Source: Candidatus Berkelbacteria bacterium RIFCSPLOWO2_01_FULL_50_28 (GTDB lineage: Bacteria; Patescibacteriota; UBA1384; 2-12-FULL-50-11). From it: DNA of 64,000 nucleotides. Numbering within the stretch: position 1 is the first letter of the stretch; each line of letters starts with the position of its first letter. The translations under genes and the position numbers were made by a program. The stretch is taken from assembly GCA_001774395.1 (NCBI GenBank), contig MEZX01000002.1, positions 302,101-366,100 on the forward strand. The letters are read 5' to 3'. Under the pieces are notes generated by a model. That model worked only from the letters and a program-made list of their open reading frames with translations, did no database searches and was not told where the DNA came from. Below are positions 41,180-47,892 of this stretch, piece by piece.

Positions 41180-41837
41180 TCTTTACACGCCCGGTACCTT
41201 TTGTACCGGGCATTGTTATATTCTTAATCTCAATAGCTAGGCGTCTGACGATTACTTTATTGGAGAGAAAAGAGAATTTTGATAAGACCTTTTGCTTGAA
41301 ATGGTCATCGAGATCGAAAAGCAAACTACTTTGAGATTTTAGAGCGATTGTTAAGGGTAAGCGCGAGCTAAGCGAAACTAGATGAACCTTCTTGTTGAAT
41401 CTCTGAGCGGTCTCGATAGCGTAGAGTAAGTCAGCGTCACCGGTGATAATTAATGCTTCGTCGTAACTATCAGTAGCCGCACCTACTGCCATATCAATCG
41501 CGAGGTGCACATCAACGCCCTTCTCTTTGCCTGTGGTCTTGGAGAAGTGTCCTTGGTAAAAAATGGTTTTGTGGTTTTTCTTGACGCTGTCGAAAAACTT
41601 CCTTTGGGTTAGCGCTAAGGTTCGCTTGGCCTTGGAATCAGTTGAGAGGTGACGCATATAGGTTCCGTAAAAGTAAATTTTCTCTAGTGAAAAATCTTGC
41701 TCCAATTGCCCGACAAAGTCAGAAAAGTTAAAGTATTGACCAGAATTCAACATCTCGGCCATCCCACCGAAAAGATTGGAGCCGTCAACGAAGGCGACGA
41801 CTCGCCCGCTATCTGATTTAGCTTTGGCACCAGCCAT
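41175..41837 (-). CDS. NYN domain (LabA/DUF88, PIN-like) putative ribonuclease
   Basis: FVDGSNL, KEKGVDVHLAID and ITGDADL acidic motifs. Confidence 0.88.
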   Translation of the reverse strand: MAGAKAKSDSGRVVAFVDGSNLFGGMAEMLNSGQYFNFSDFVGQLEQDFSLEKIYFYGTYMRHLSTDSKAKRTLALTQRKFFDSVKKNHKTIFYQGHFSKTTGKEKGVDVHLAIDMAVGAATDSYDEALIITGDADLLYAIETAQRFNKKVHLVSLSSRLPLTIALKSQSSLLFDLDDHFKQKVLSKFSFLSNKVIVRRLAIEIKNITMPGTKGTGRVKK

Positions 41838-41840
41838 ACT

Positions 41841-41925
41841 CTAAAACTCCCCCTCTCCCCTGTAAGTGGATAAAAAGTAACCCTCCATGTGATTTCAATA
41901 TGAAATATTAACAGTTAAATGTCAA
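41841..41925 (-). promoter_or_regulatory. Promoter plus conserved G-rich 5' leader (copy A)
   Basis: TTGACA, 17 bp, CATATT, 6 nt, then ACATGGAGGGTT..TATCCACTTACAGGGGAGAGGGGGAGT; 27 bp identical to 60990-61016. Confidence 0.7.
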
Positions 41926-42038
41926 AGAGTACCGAACCTGGGGAAAATGGCAAAAATTAAGACTAAGAGTCAGAGATAATTTAATCTTATGTAAATAAAG
42001 TAACTTTTAGTTGAGGCACAGTAGATCAGCTCAAAGAG

Positions 42039-42410
42039 TCAACGACGGTTTTTGAGAGTAAGAACGCTTGCACCAAGGATATTTGCAATTTCTTTGAGTT
42101 CAATTGCTAAAGATGCGATTTGTTCCTTGTATTCCACGGTAGTTTGATCGATGATAATTAACCAGTAGTCTGTCTCGTTGGCTGACTTGAGGGCGATTTG
42201 AAAAAAGCGAAGATAATCCCGCCTTGAGCTTGAAGACTTTGCTTCGTGAACGTTGGCTCCTATCGAAGTAGCGCTCCGTAGTAGTTGGTCGGCAATCGAT
42301 CGAAGATATGGCTTCCGGTTAATCAACTCACATAACTTTACAGTTCTAACGGAAAAAGCAATCAATCTCTTATAAAACTGCTCTTTAAATTTTTGTTTAT
42401 CATTTTCCAT
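42039..42410 (-). CDS. Four-helix bundle protein (23S rRNA IVP / Avd-like family)
   Basis: IADQLLRSATSIGANVHEA..SRRDY..FFQIALKSANETDYWL. Confidence 0.9.
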   Translation of the reverse strand: MENDKQKFKEQFYKRLIAFSVRTVKLCELINRKPYLRSIADQLLRSATSIGANVHEAKSSSSRRDYLRFFQIALKSANETDYWLIIIDQTTVEYKEQIASLAIELKEIANILGASVLTLKNRR

Positions 42411-42516
42411 TTTCGTATTTACATTTTAATTTTACCACTAGGTCGTCAAGAAAATTAACAGGTTCAAATCGCTTTGAGGTTTTACGAGATCCTACCGGAA
42501 GAAAACGATCAAGTGT

Positions 42517-43491
42517 CTAACCCATTCTCCGGATAGATCGGGGGGCTTTGGCGGCTCGGAGGAGTTTGGCGAATTTGCGTTTCTGACGCTTGCGGTAGAT
42601 GAATAAGAGGACAAACAGGATTAGTAGTGCGATGCAAAGAATAATTAGCCACATCGGGAAGACATAGAAAACTAACTCCGAGCTCAGCTGGTCGCCTTTT
42701 TCGCCGTAGAGGATATTTAGGGTGGCGACATAACGACCGATCTTCAACGGCTGATCGTAGGATTGAGTAATTAAACGATCGGCCTTCGGAAAAATGTTTT
42801 TCTGATCGAAATCGATGCTGGCGGTCTTACGGCCGAAGATGTTAGTCAGGGTGATAAAGCCTTTTGGTTTGATATGGACAGAACCGTTGTTGTGGATTCG
42901 GGAATTGAACGTGATAGGTGAGTGTTCAAAACGTATTTTATCGACTTTAAATTCTTTAACATAAGCCGAGTAGCTGATATCACCAGCCACAGCTACCAGA
43001 ATTAAGCTACCAACCTTTGTTCTCGTAACGGCACCCGTGCCGCTAACTTTGTCGTTGTTTGCTAAATAGGCCAGAATTGAGCCGTATTGACCGCCTGGTT
43101 CAGCGTTGACGGGGATAGTGATAACGAACTTAACGACTTGTGTCTGTAAGGGGGTTAGGGTGAACTTCGACGGCGTAATCTTCGTCCAGTTTTTTAGGAA
43201 ATAAATTGAGTCATCTTCCGCGACGATTTTAGCTTGTCCGAGTTCGTTGCCAACGAACGGCTGGATTCCCATCTGATATTTTTGGACAATCCCGCTGGTG
43301 TTAACAACTTTCATTGAGCTCTTTATGGTATCGCCGGGCTTGGCAGAGAGCTCAAAGAGCGGTGGAGAAATGGAAACTTTTGCTTGGTCTACAGTCGCTT
43401 CCTGAGCCCGGATATTGGCTGGCAAGACAGAAAAAACTAATACCAAGACCACCAGCGCTAAAATTCTCAATTTACAATTTACAATTTTCAT
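42517..43491 (-). CDS. DUF916/DUF3324-like (WxL-interacting) membrane-anchored protein, paralog 2
   Basis: Signal peptide, ITIPVNAEPGGQYGSIL, NNGSVHIKPKG..TNIFG..IFPKADR..GRYVA, TM and RKRQKRK tail. Confidence 0.75.
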   Translation of the reverse strand: MKIVNCKLRILALVVLVLVFSVLPANIRAQEATVDQAKVSISPPLFELSAKPGDTIKSSMKVVNTSGIVQKYQMGIQPFVGNELGQAKIVAEDDSIYFLKNWTKITPSKFTLTPLQTQVVKFVITIPVNAEPGGQYGSILAYLANNDKVSGTGAVTRTKVGSLILVAVAGDISYSAYVKEFKVDKIRFEHSPITFNSRIHNNGSVHIKPKGFITLTNIFGRKTASIDFDQKNIFPKADRLITQSYDQPLKIGRYVATLNILYGEKGDQLSSELVFYVFPMWLIILCIALLILFVLLFIYRKRQKRKFAKLLRAAKAPRSIRRMG

Positions 43492-43948
43492 TAAATTTTC
43501 AATTTATCAATTTTCAGTGTACCCGTATTTTGGCGTAAGCTCGATGTTATTTTCTGAAAGATTAGGGTTAACTCCTGACATTCGCTGACGATGGGCTCAG
43601 GTGGTTCAGCCAATGATGGCAGTGCTGTCCTAAGCATTCGGAGCCAATGTCTAGTTTCTTGAGCCTCTTTTTTACAGATGAAGATCTTATTACTAAAGTC
43701 TTTGCGCGAGCTAGCAGCGTTGGCTTCAGAGTAGTTTGCCCCGATGCTGGTTGCAGAGCGAATCAGCTGATTAATAATAGGGCTACAAATAGAGTCCTGC
43801 TTAATCGTTCGGCACAAAATAATCACCGATTCGCCAAACTGCGCCGTTCTTTCCTCTAAATCATATTTGCTTGATGGTTGTGTCATCCAATTGATAATTA
43901 GCTCATTGTAAATTTATTGTAAATTGCAAAATTGAGAACTGAAAATTA
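43460..43948. mobile_element. Putative cassette: inverted 7-mer arrays bracketing a four-helix-bundle gene
   Basis: Left arm ttctcaatttacaatttacaattttcattaaattttcaatttatcaattttcag; right arm ttgataatt..ttgtaaatttattgtaaattgcaaaattgagaactgaaaatt. Confidence 0.55.
43491..43886 (-). CDS. Four-helix bundle protein (23S rRNA IVP / Avd-like family)
   Basis: YDLEERTAQFG..INQLIRSATSIGANYSEANAASSRKDFSNKIFICKKEAQETRHWL; C-terminal LKIDKLKI is encoded by the repeat arm. Confidence 0.92.
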   Translation of the reverse strand: MTQPSSKYDLEERTAQFGESVIILCRTIKQDSICSPIINQLIRSATSIGANYSEANAASSRKDFSNKIFICKKEAQETRHWLRMLRTALPSLAEPPEPIVSECQELTLIFQKITSSLRQNTGTLKIDKLKI

Positions 43949-43994
43949 TTACCCATTTTCAAACTATACACCCCAGTTGTCTCAACTCAACACG

Positions 43995-45182
43995 CTAAAA
44001 CGTTCCGGTCGTAATATAGTCGGCGGTACCAGTATAGGCACCAGCGGCCTGAGTAGCGTCAGCCGAAAGCCGCCAACCGGCATAGGCGACATCACTTGAG
44101 ACACCAACGATGCTCGACATAATAGTTGACGGAGCTTCAGATGCGCCTATATCGGCAACAAGCTCAAATTTTTGAGTGCCACCGCCGCATTGCTCGGCCG
44201 CCGTATCCCAGCCAGCGTTAGCTGTGGCTGCGGCATCCCCGGTGGTGTCGTCCATACAGACAGCATAACCGTTGTTAGTAGCTGTAGCCCAGGCATTTGG
44301 GGTTGTTAGGTTACATGCTCCGTCACAGGTACCAACCGCAAAAGCATTGGCGCCACTGTCTAAGCCCGCTACTGTGTAGACTGTTACTGTGTAACCGGTG
44401 CCAGCGTTGGTTACCACGGTCAGTTGTTGGCAGATATCGTAAAAAGCTTCTGTCGAGATTACTGCGTAGGGAATTGTTGTGGAGGTTGAAGTAATTTTTG
44501 TTCCGCCGGTAGTTGTACAAGAACCGGACGTAACAGCGGCAACAGCAAGAGTTAAAACCTCGTCAAGAGCGGCCGAAACGGCTATGGCCGCGGTTACGAC
44601 AATGATTGTGTCTTGGGAATCTTCGTCGGTGGAATCTACCGCTAGATTGTAAGTGGCGGCTGTTGAGTTAACAATTTGCGTATTACCGGTGCCACCGCTG
44701 GTGGCGTGCGTTCCGATTTCGATGACGATTACAACACCCGCCGCCTCACCTGCATAAGTCCCACAAGCAGTAAAAGTGAAAACATCTGCGGCCACAGTGG
44801 TAATCTCGATCGTGTCGCCAGCGCAAGCGTCGGACGAATCTACAATCGTCTCTTCAACAGCGTTAACGGTGATGTCGTAATCAAGCGCATCAGTACTGGC
44901 AAAGCCAGATGTGTCAAAGCCTGAAGCAAAGGTGAGAACGAGCGTATCGCCGGCGCTAAAATCACCGCCGGTGGCTTGGTCTAAGGTGATGGTGTGGTTT
45001 GCGGCAGTCGAAGGGCGAGAATCGGTAATGACATCCTTTAGGCTGTCTGGTCGGGCGGCAAAGGCTTTTGGCACAGAGAAGCCAGACAACACGATGGCGA
45101 CGATGGCCAAAAATATTAACCCCCGCTCAAGCTTTACCCTCTGCGAGGTGAACACCTGAACTGATTTTGCTAAATAATACAT
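43995..45182 (-). CDS. Secreted protein with C-terminal WxL-like domain (small subunit b)
   Basis: Start moved to ATG 45182 (MYYLAK) to remove overlap with the upstream gene; signal ..KAFAA; ends AGAYTGTADYITTGTF. Confidence 0.72.
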   Translation of the reverse strand: MYYLAKSVQVFTSQRVKLERGLIFLAIVAIVLSGFSVPKAFAARPDSLKDVITDSRPSTAANHTITLDQATGGDFSAGDTLVLTFASGFDTSGFASTDALDYDITVNAVEETIVDSSDACAGDTIEITTVAADVFTFTACGTYAGEAAGVVIVIEIGTHATSGGTGNTQIVNSTAATYNLAVDSTDEDSQDTIIVVTAAIAVSAALDEVLTLAVAAVTSGSCTTTGGTKITSTSTTIPYAVISTEAFYDICQQLTVVTNAGTGYTVTVYTVAGLDSGANAFAVGTCDGACNLTTPNAWATATNNGYAVCMDDTTGDAAATANAGWDTAAEQCGGGTQKFELVADIGASEAPSTIMSSIVGVSSDVAYAGWRLSADATQAAGAYTGTADYITTGTF

Positions 45183-45186
45183 GTCT

Positions 45187-46395
45187 TTAGAATGTCCCCG
45201 TTGTAATATAGTCGGCAGTACCGGTGTAGGCACCAGCTGCCTGGGCACCGTCAGCCGATAATCTCCAGCCTATCTTGGAGATATCCGTTACCCCAACGGC
45301 ACTCTGCATAATCGTTGAGGGCGTTTGAGGACCAGATAGATCGGCAACTAGTTCGAACTGCTGAGTACCTCCGCCGCACTGCCCAGCCGCTGCCCAGTCG
45401 GCGTTAGCAGTTTCAGCAGCGTTTCCGGTCGTGTCGTCCATACAGATAGCGTACCCATTAAAGGTGGCAGTTCCCCACGGAGCAGGATCGGTTAAAGTAC
45501 AAGCGCCATCGCAGGAACCAACTGCAAATGGATTAGCACCAGCATCCAAACCAGTGACAGTGTAAACGGTGACTGTATAACCCGTACCGGCATTGGTAGC
45601 TACGGTCAGTTGTTGGCAGATATCGTAAAATGTTTCTGTGGATATTGTCCCGTAAGGAATTGTTGTTGCCGTACTCGCAGCGGGTTTCGTGCCACCGGTG
45701 GTTGTGCAGTTTGCATCCGCGGCCAGACCGGCCACTGTTAGGGTCAAAACTTCATCGATTGTGGCCGAAATTGCTACACCTGCTGTTAGAACCAAGACAG
45801 TATCCTGAGAGTCATCGCCGTAACTGCCGGCCACATTCAATTGAGAGGTGCCCGCTGTGGTGTTGACAATCCGGGTGGTCCCGCCAGCGGCGTTGGAACC
45901 GAACTTCATGGTGATGGCCGTACTGGCCGCCTCAGCGGTGTAGCCACTACAGGCCGTGAAAGTCACCACCTGGGAAGCAAGCACATACTCGACACTATCC
46001 GTTGCGGTACAAGAAGCTATTAGTGTTTCGCTAGTGGCGCCGTTCACAAAGTCAACATCAGTCAATGTTAAGGTCGTCAAGTTGTACCCAGCCGGGAAGG
46101 TAACAATTACAGTTTCACCAGCAATGAAAGTAGTGCTTCCAGAGAGATCGAGAACTATCTCGTGGTTAGACGCAGTCGAAGGGCGAGAGTCACTCAATGT
46201 ATCCTTCAAACTGGTTGGGCGAACGGCAAAAGCGGATTGAATCCCGAAGGGCTGGGCAATTATAGCAATTAAGCTTAACACCGCTAAAACAACGCGGTAG
46301 CGATTAGCTAATTGCTTAGTTTTAGGGGCTACAAGGTAACCACGAACCATTAGAGCGACCTGATTTAACAATGATTTTATTTTTCCCCCTCGCAC
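45187..46395 (-). CDS. Secreted protein with C-terminal WxL-like domain (small subunit a)
   Basis: Signal ..SAFAV; close tandem paralog of 43995-45182 (FYDICQQLTV.TNAGTGYTVTVYTV; identical final 18 aa). Confidence 0.72.
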   Translation of the reverse strand: MRGGKIKSLLNQVALMVRGYLVAPKTKQLANRYRVVLAVLSLIAIIAQPFGIQSAFAVRPTSLKDTLSDSRPSTASNHEIVLDLSGSTTFIAGETVIVTFPAGYNLTTLTLTDVDFVNGATSETLIASCTATDSVEYVLASQVVTFTACSGYTAEAASTAITMKFGSNAAGGTTRIVNTTAGTSQLNVAGSYGDDSQDTVLVLTAGVAISATIDEVLTLTVAGLAADANCTTTGGTKPAASTATTIPYGTISTETFYDICQQLTVATNAGTGYTVTVYTVTGLDAGANPFAVGSCDGACTLTDPAPWGTATFNGYAICMDDTTGNAAETANADWAAAGQCGGGTQQFELVADLSGPQTPSTIMQSAVGVTDISKIGWRLSADGAQAAGAYTGTADYITTGTF

Positions 46396-46432
46396 ATACT
46401 ATATATACATTGAAGCGTATCCAACAGATGTG

Positions 46433-46750
46433 TCAACCCCGCACTTTTCAACCGTCTTGAAGGCAATGCCCAATACGCTTTTTCAACCTTGCGTAAGACT
46501 GACCAAATTGTTTGAGCTTCTTCTCTCGATCGAGCGCATCTAGTCTCGAGGCATAACCTTCAAGGTAGACAATCTTCCACGGTCGGTAAGGTTTTGTCGC
46601 AACTGACTTACCTTCGTTGTGATCGAGTAGTCTTTTCCGCAAGTTGTTCGTCTGCCCGAAGTAAAGTCGCTGTTCTTTTCCGAGTAGTACATACACCCAA
46701 TGCATAAGTTGATTGTAGCAACTTGCGACGGTTGAATAGTGCGGGGTCAA
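46433..46750 (-). mobile_element. GIY-YIG gene cassette with 20-bp terminal inverted repeats and TTGA/TCAA direct repeats
   Basis: tcaa[ccccgcacttttcaaccgtc (46437-46456) .. gacggttgaatagtgcgggg (46727-46746)]tcaa; IR matches 19/20. Confidence 0.7.
46448..46705 (-). CDS. Small GIY-YIG nuclease (UPF0213-like, 85 aa)
   Basis: MHWVYVLLG..LYFGQTNNLRKRLLDHNEG..TKPYRPWKIVYLE..ALDREKKLK; ATG 46705 lies inside the IRs. Confidence 0.88.
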   Translation of the reverse strand: MHWVYVLLGKEQRLYFGQTNNLRKRLLDHNEGKSVATKPYRPWKIVYLEGYASRLDALDREKKLKQFGQSYARLKKRIGHCLQDG

Positions 46751-46770
46751 CCCCACACTAATTTTTCCGA

Positions 46771-47748
46771 TCATCTGCTCATAGCTCGCAAAAGTTTAGC
46801 TCGACGCCGGCGGAAGTACACGGTTGAACCAACCGCCAGAATTGCCAATAGCAGGACTATAATAATGAAGGGCCAGGGGATGGAGACAAATCGAGAACTG
46901 GCCACTAAGATTTTTCCGTCTTGCTTAAGAGTGAATTTGGCGTCGTAGACCCCGGGCCAGATTGTGCCGGTATAGGCGCTGATATATTGCCTCGAAGACT
47001 CGGGCATTAGGACCGAGCTCGCTAACTGGGTGACCATCTTTTGCTCACCCCAGGTTGGCGTTAAAGTCAGATCGCCATCAGCGAAAAAGAAAAATCCGGT
47101 CGGGTTACTAATTTCGGCCAGGAACGGTACCGGTGTGCTAACAACTATTTTCGGTGTCTGGAACGAGCTGATGCTCAAGCTTTCAATGGTTGGCTTCGTG
47201 GTCGAATCGACCGAAAGCAAAAACGAGGTGCTTAATGCTGGAATAATTCGGGTATTGGCGTTTTCGTCAAAATAATTTGCTGGTAGGCGAGCCTGGAAAA
47301 TCAGGGCGGCGCTGTAACCACCCGGGACAGTACCCTTGGGCGCTAGGATGGTTACCTGAACTTCTTTACTGCCTTGGGCGTCCAAAATGAGGTCTGGACT
47401 GTCGAGCGTTAGCCATTCAACACCTGAGTGTGGCCTTGGCTCGGCCGTAAATTCGGGTGATCCGAGGTTGTTAATGCCACTAATACTAAATTTAGAAGCG
47501 GACAATGGGATTGGTTCCTTCCCAAGATTGGTAACTTTAATCTTCACGATCGTTTTCTCGCCTGGTTTAACGGTCTGCTGAACTAAGCCAGGGCTAATTG
47601 ACAGTGTCGGGCTAATGGCGCCTTGGCCTGACGCTGACAAGGTGAATGCAAATACCGACATTAAGATTGCCAGCGTTAGAATTTTCAATTTACAATTTAC
47701 AATTTTATCGCGTTCGCTCATTTTTCGTTCTGGCGAACTCAAAATCAT
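46771..47748 (-). CDS. DUF916/DUF3324-like (WxL-interacting) membrane-anchored protein, paralog 3
   Basis: ISPGLVQQTVKPGE, APKGTVPGGYSAALIF, NPTG..LMPESSR..GVYDA, TM and RRRRAK tail; start uncertain (47721, 47748 or 47763). Confidence 0.7.
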   Translation of the reverse strand: MILSSPERKMSERDKIVNCKLKILTLAILMSVFAFTLSASGQGAISPTLSISPGLVQQTVKPGEKTIVKIKVTNLGKEPIPLSASKFSISGINNLGSPEFTAEPRPHSGVEWLTLDSPDLILDAQGSKEVQVTILAPKGTVPGGYSAALIFQARLPANYFDENANTRIIPALSTSFLLSVDSTTKPTIESLSISSFQTPKIVVSTPVPFLAEISNPTGFFFFADGDLTLTPTWGEQKMVTQLASSVLMPESSRQYISAYTGTIWPGVYDAKFTLKQDGKILVASSRFVSIPWPFIIIVLLLAILAVGSTVYFRRRRAKLLRAMSR

Positions 47749-47886
47749 TGAATTTTCAATCATCAAATTTTAATTTATCGGTTTTACCACATTCTGTCAT
47801 TTGAAATTCAATCGAAATTTGAAATTCGCCTCTCGACTCCGCTCGAGGCGACCTGAGCACCGTCGAATGGTCGAAATTTGAAATTA
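47680..47886. repeat. Empty inverted 7-mer array element with two hairpin inserts (47707-47745; ~47828-47872)
   Basis: ttttcaatttacaatttacaatttt[39 bp]cattgaattttcaa..; ttgaaattc..gaaatttgaaattc[gcctctcgactccgctcgaggcgacctgagcaccgtcgaatggtc]gaaatttgaaatt. Confidence 0.75.
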
Positions 47887-47892
47887 CTTTTC

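Noticed and set aside
41864-41872. DnaA box-like TTATCCACT suggesting a replication origin
   Set aside because: A single imperfect match inside the conserved leader, with a weaker match in copy B and no box cluster or dnaA gene.
42039-43886. Diversity-generating retroelement suggested by two Avd-like genes
   Set aside because: No reverse transcriptase in the window, and I saw no repeat pair differing specifically at adenines; a trans-acting RT elsewhere cannot be excluded.
42039-43886. 23S rRNA intervening sequences
   Set aside because: The flanks are protein-coding genes, not rRNA.
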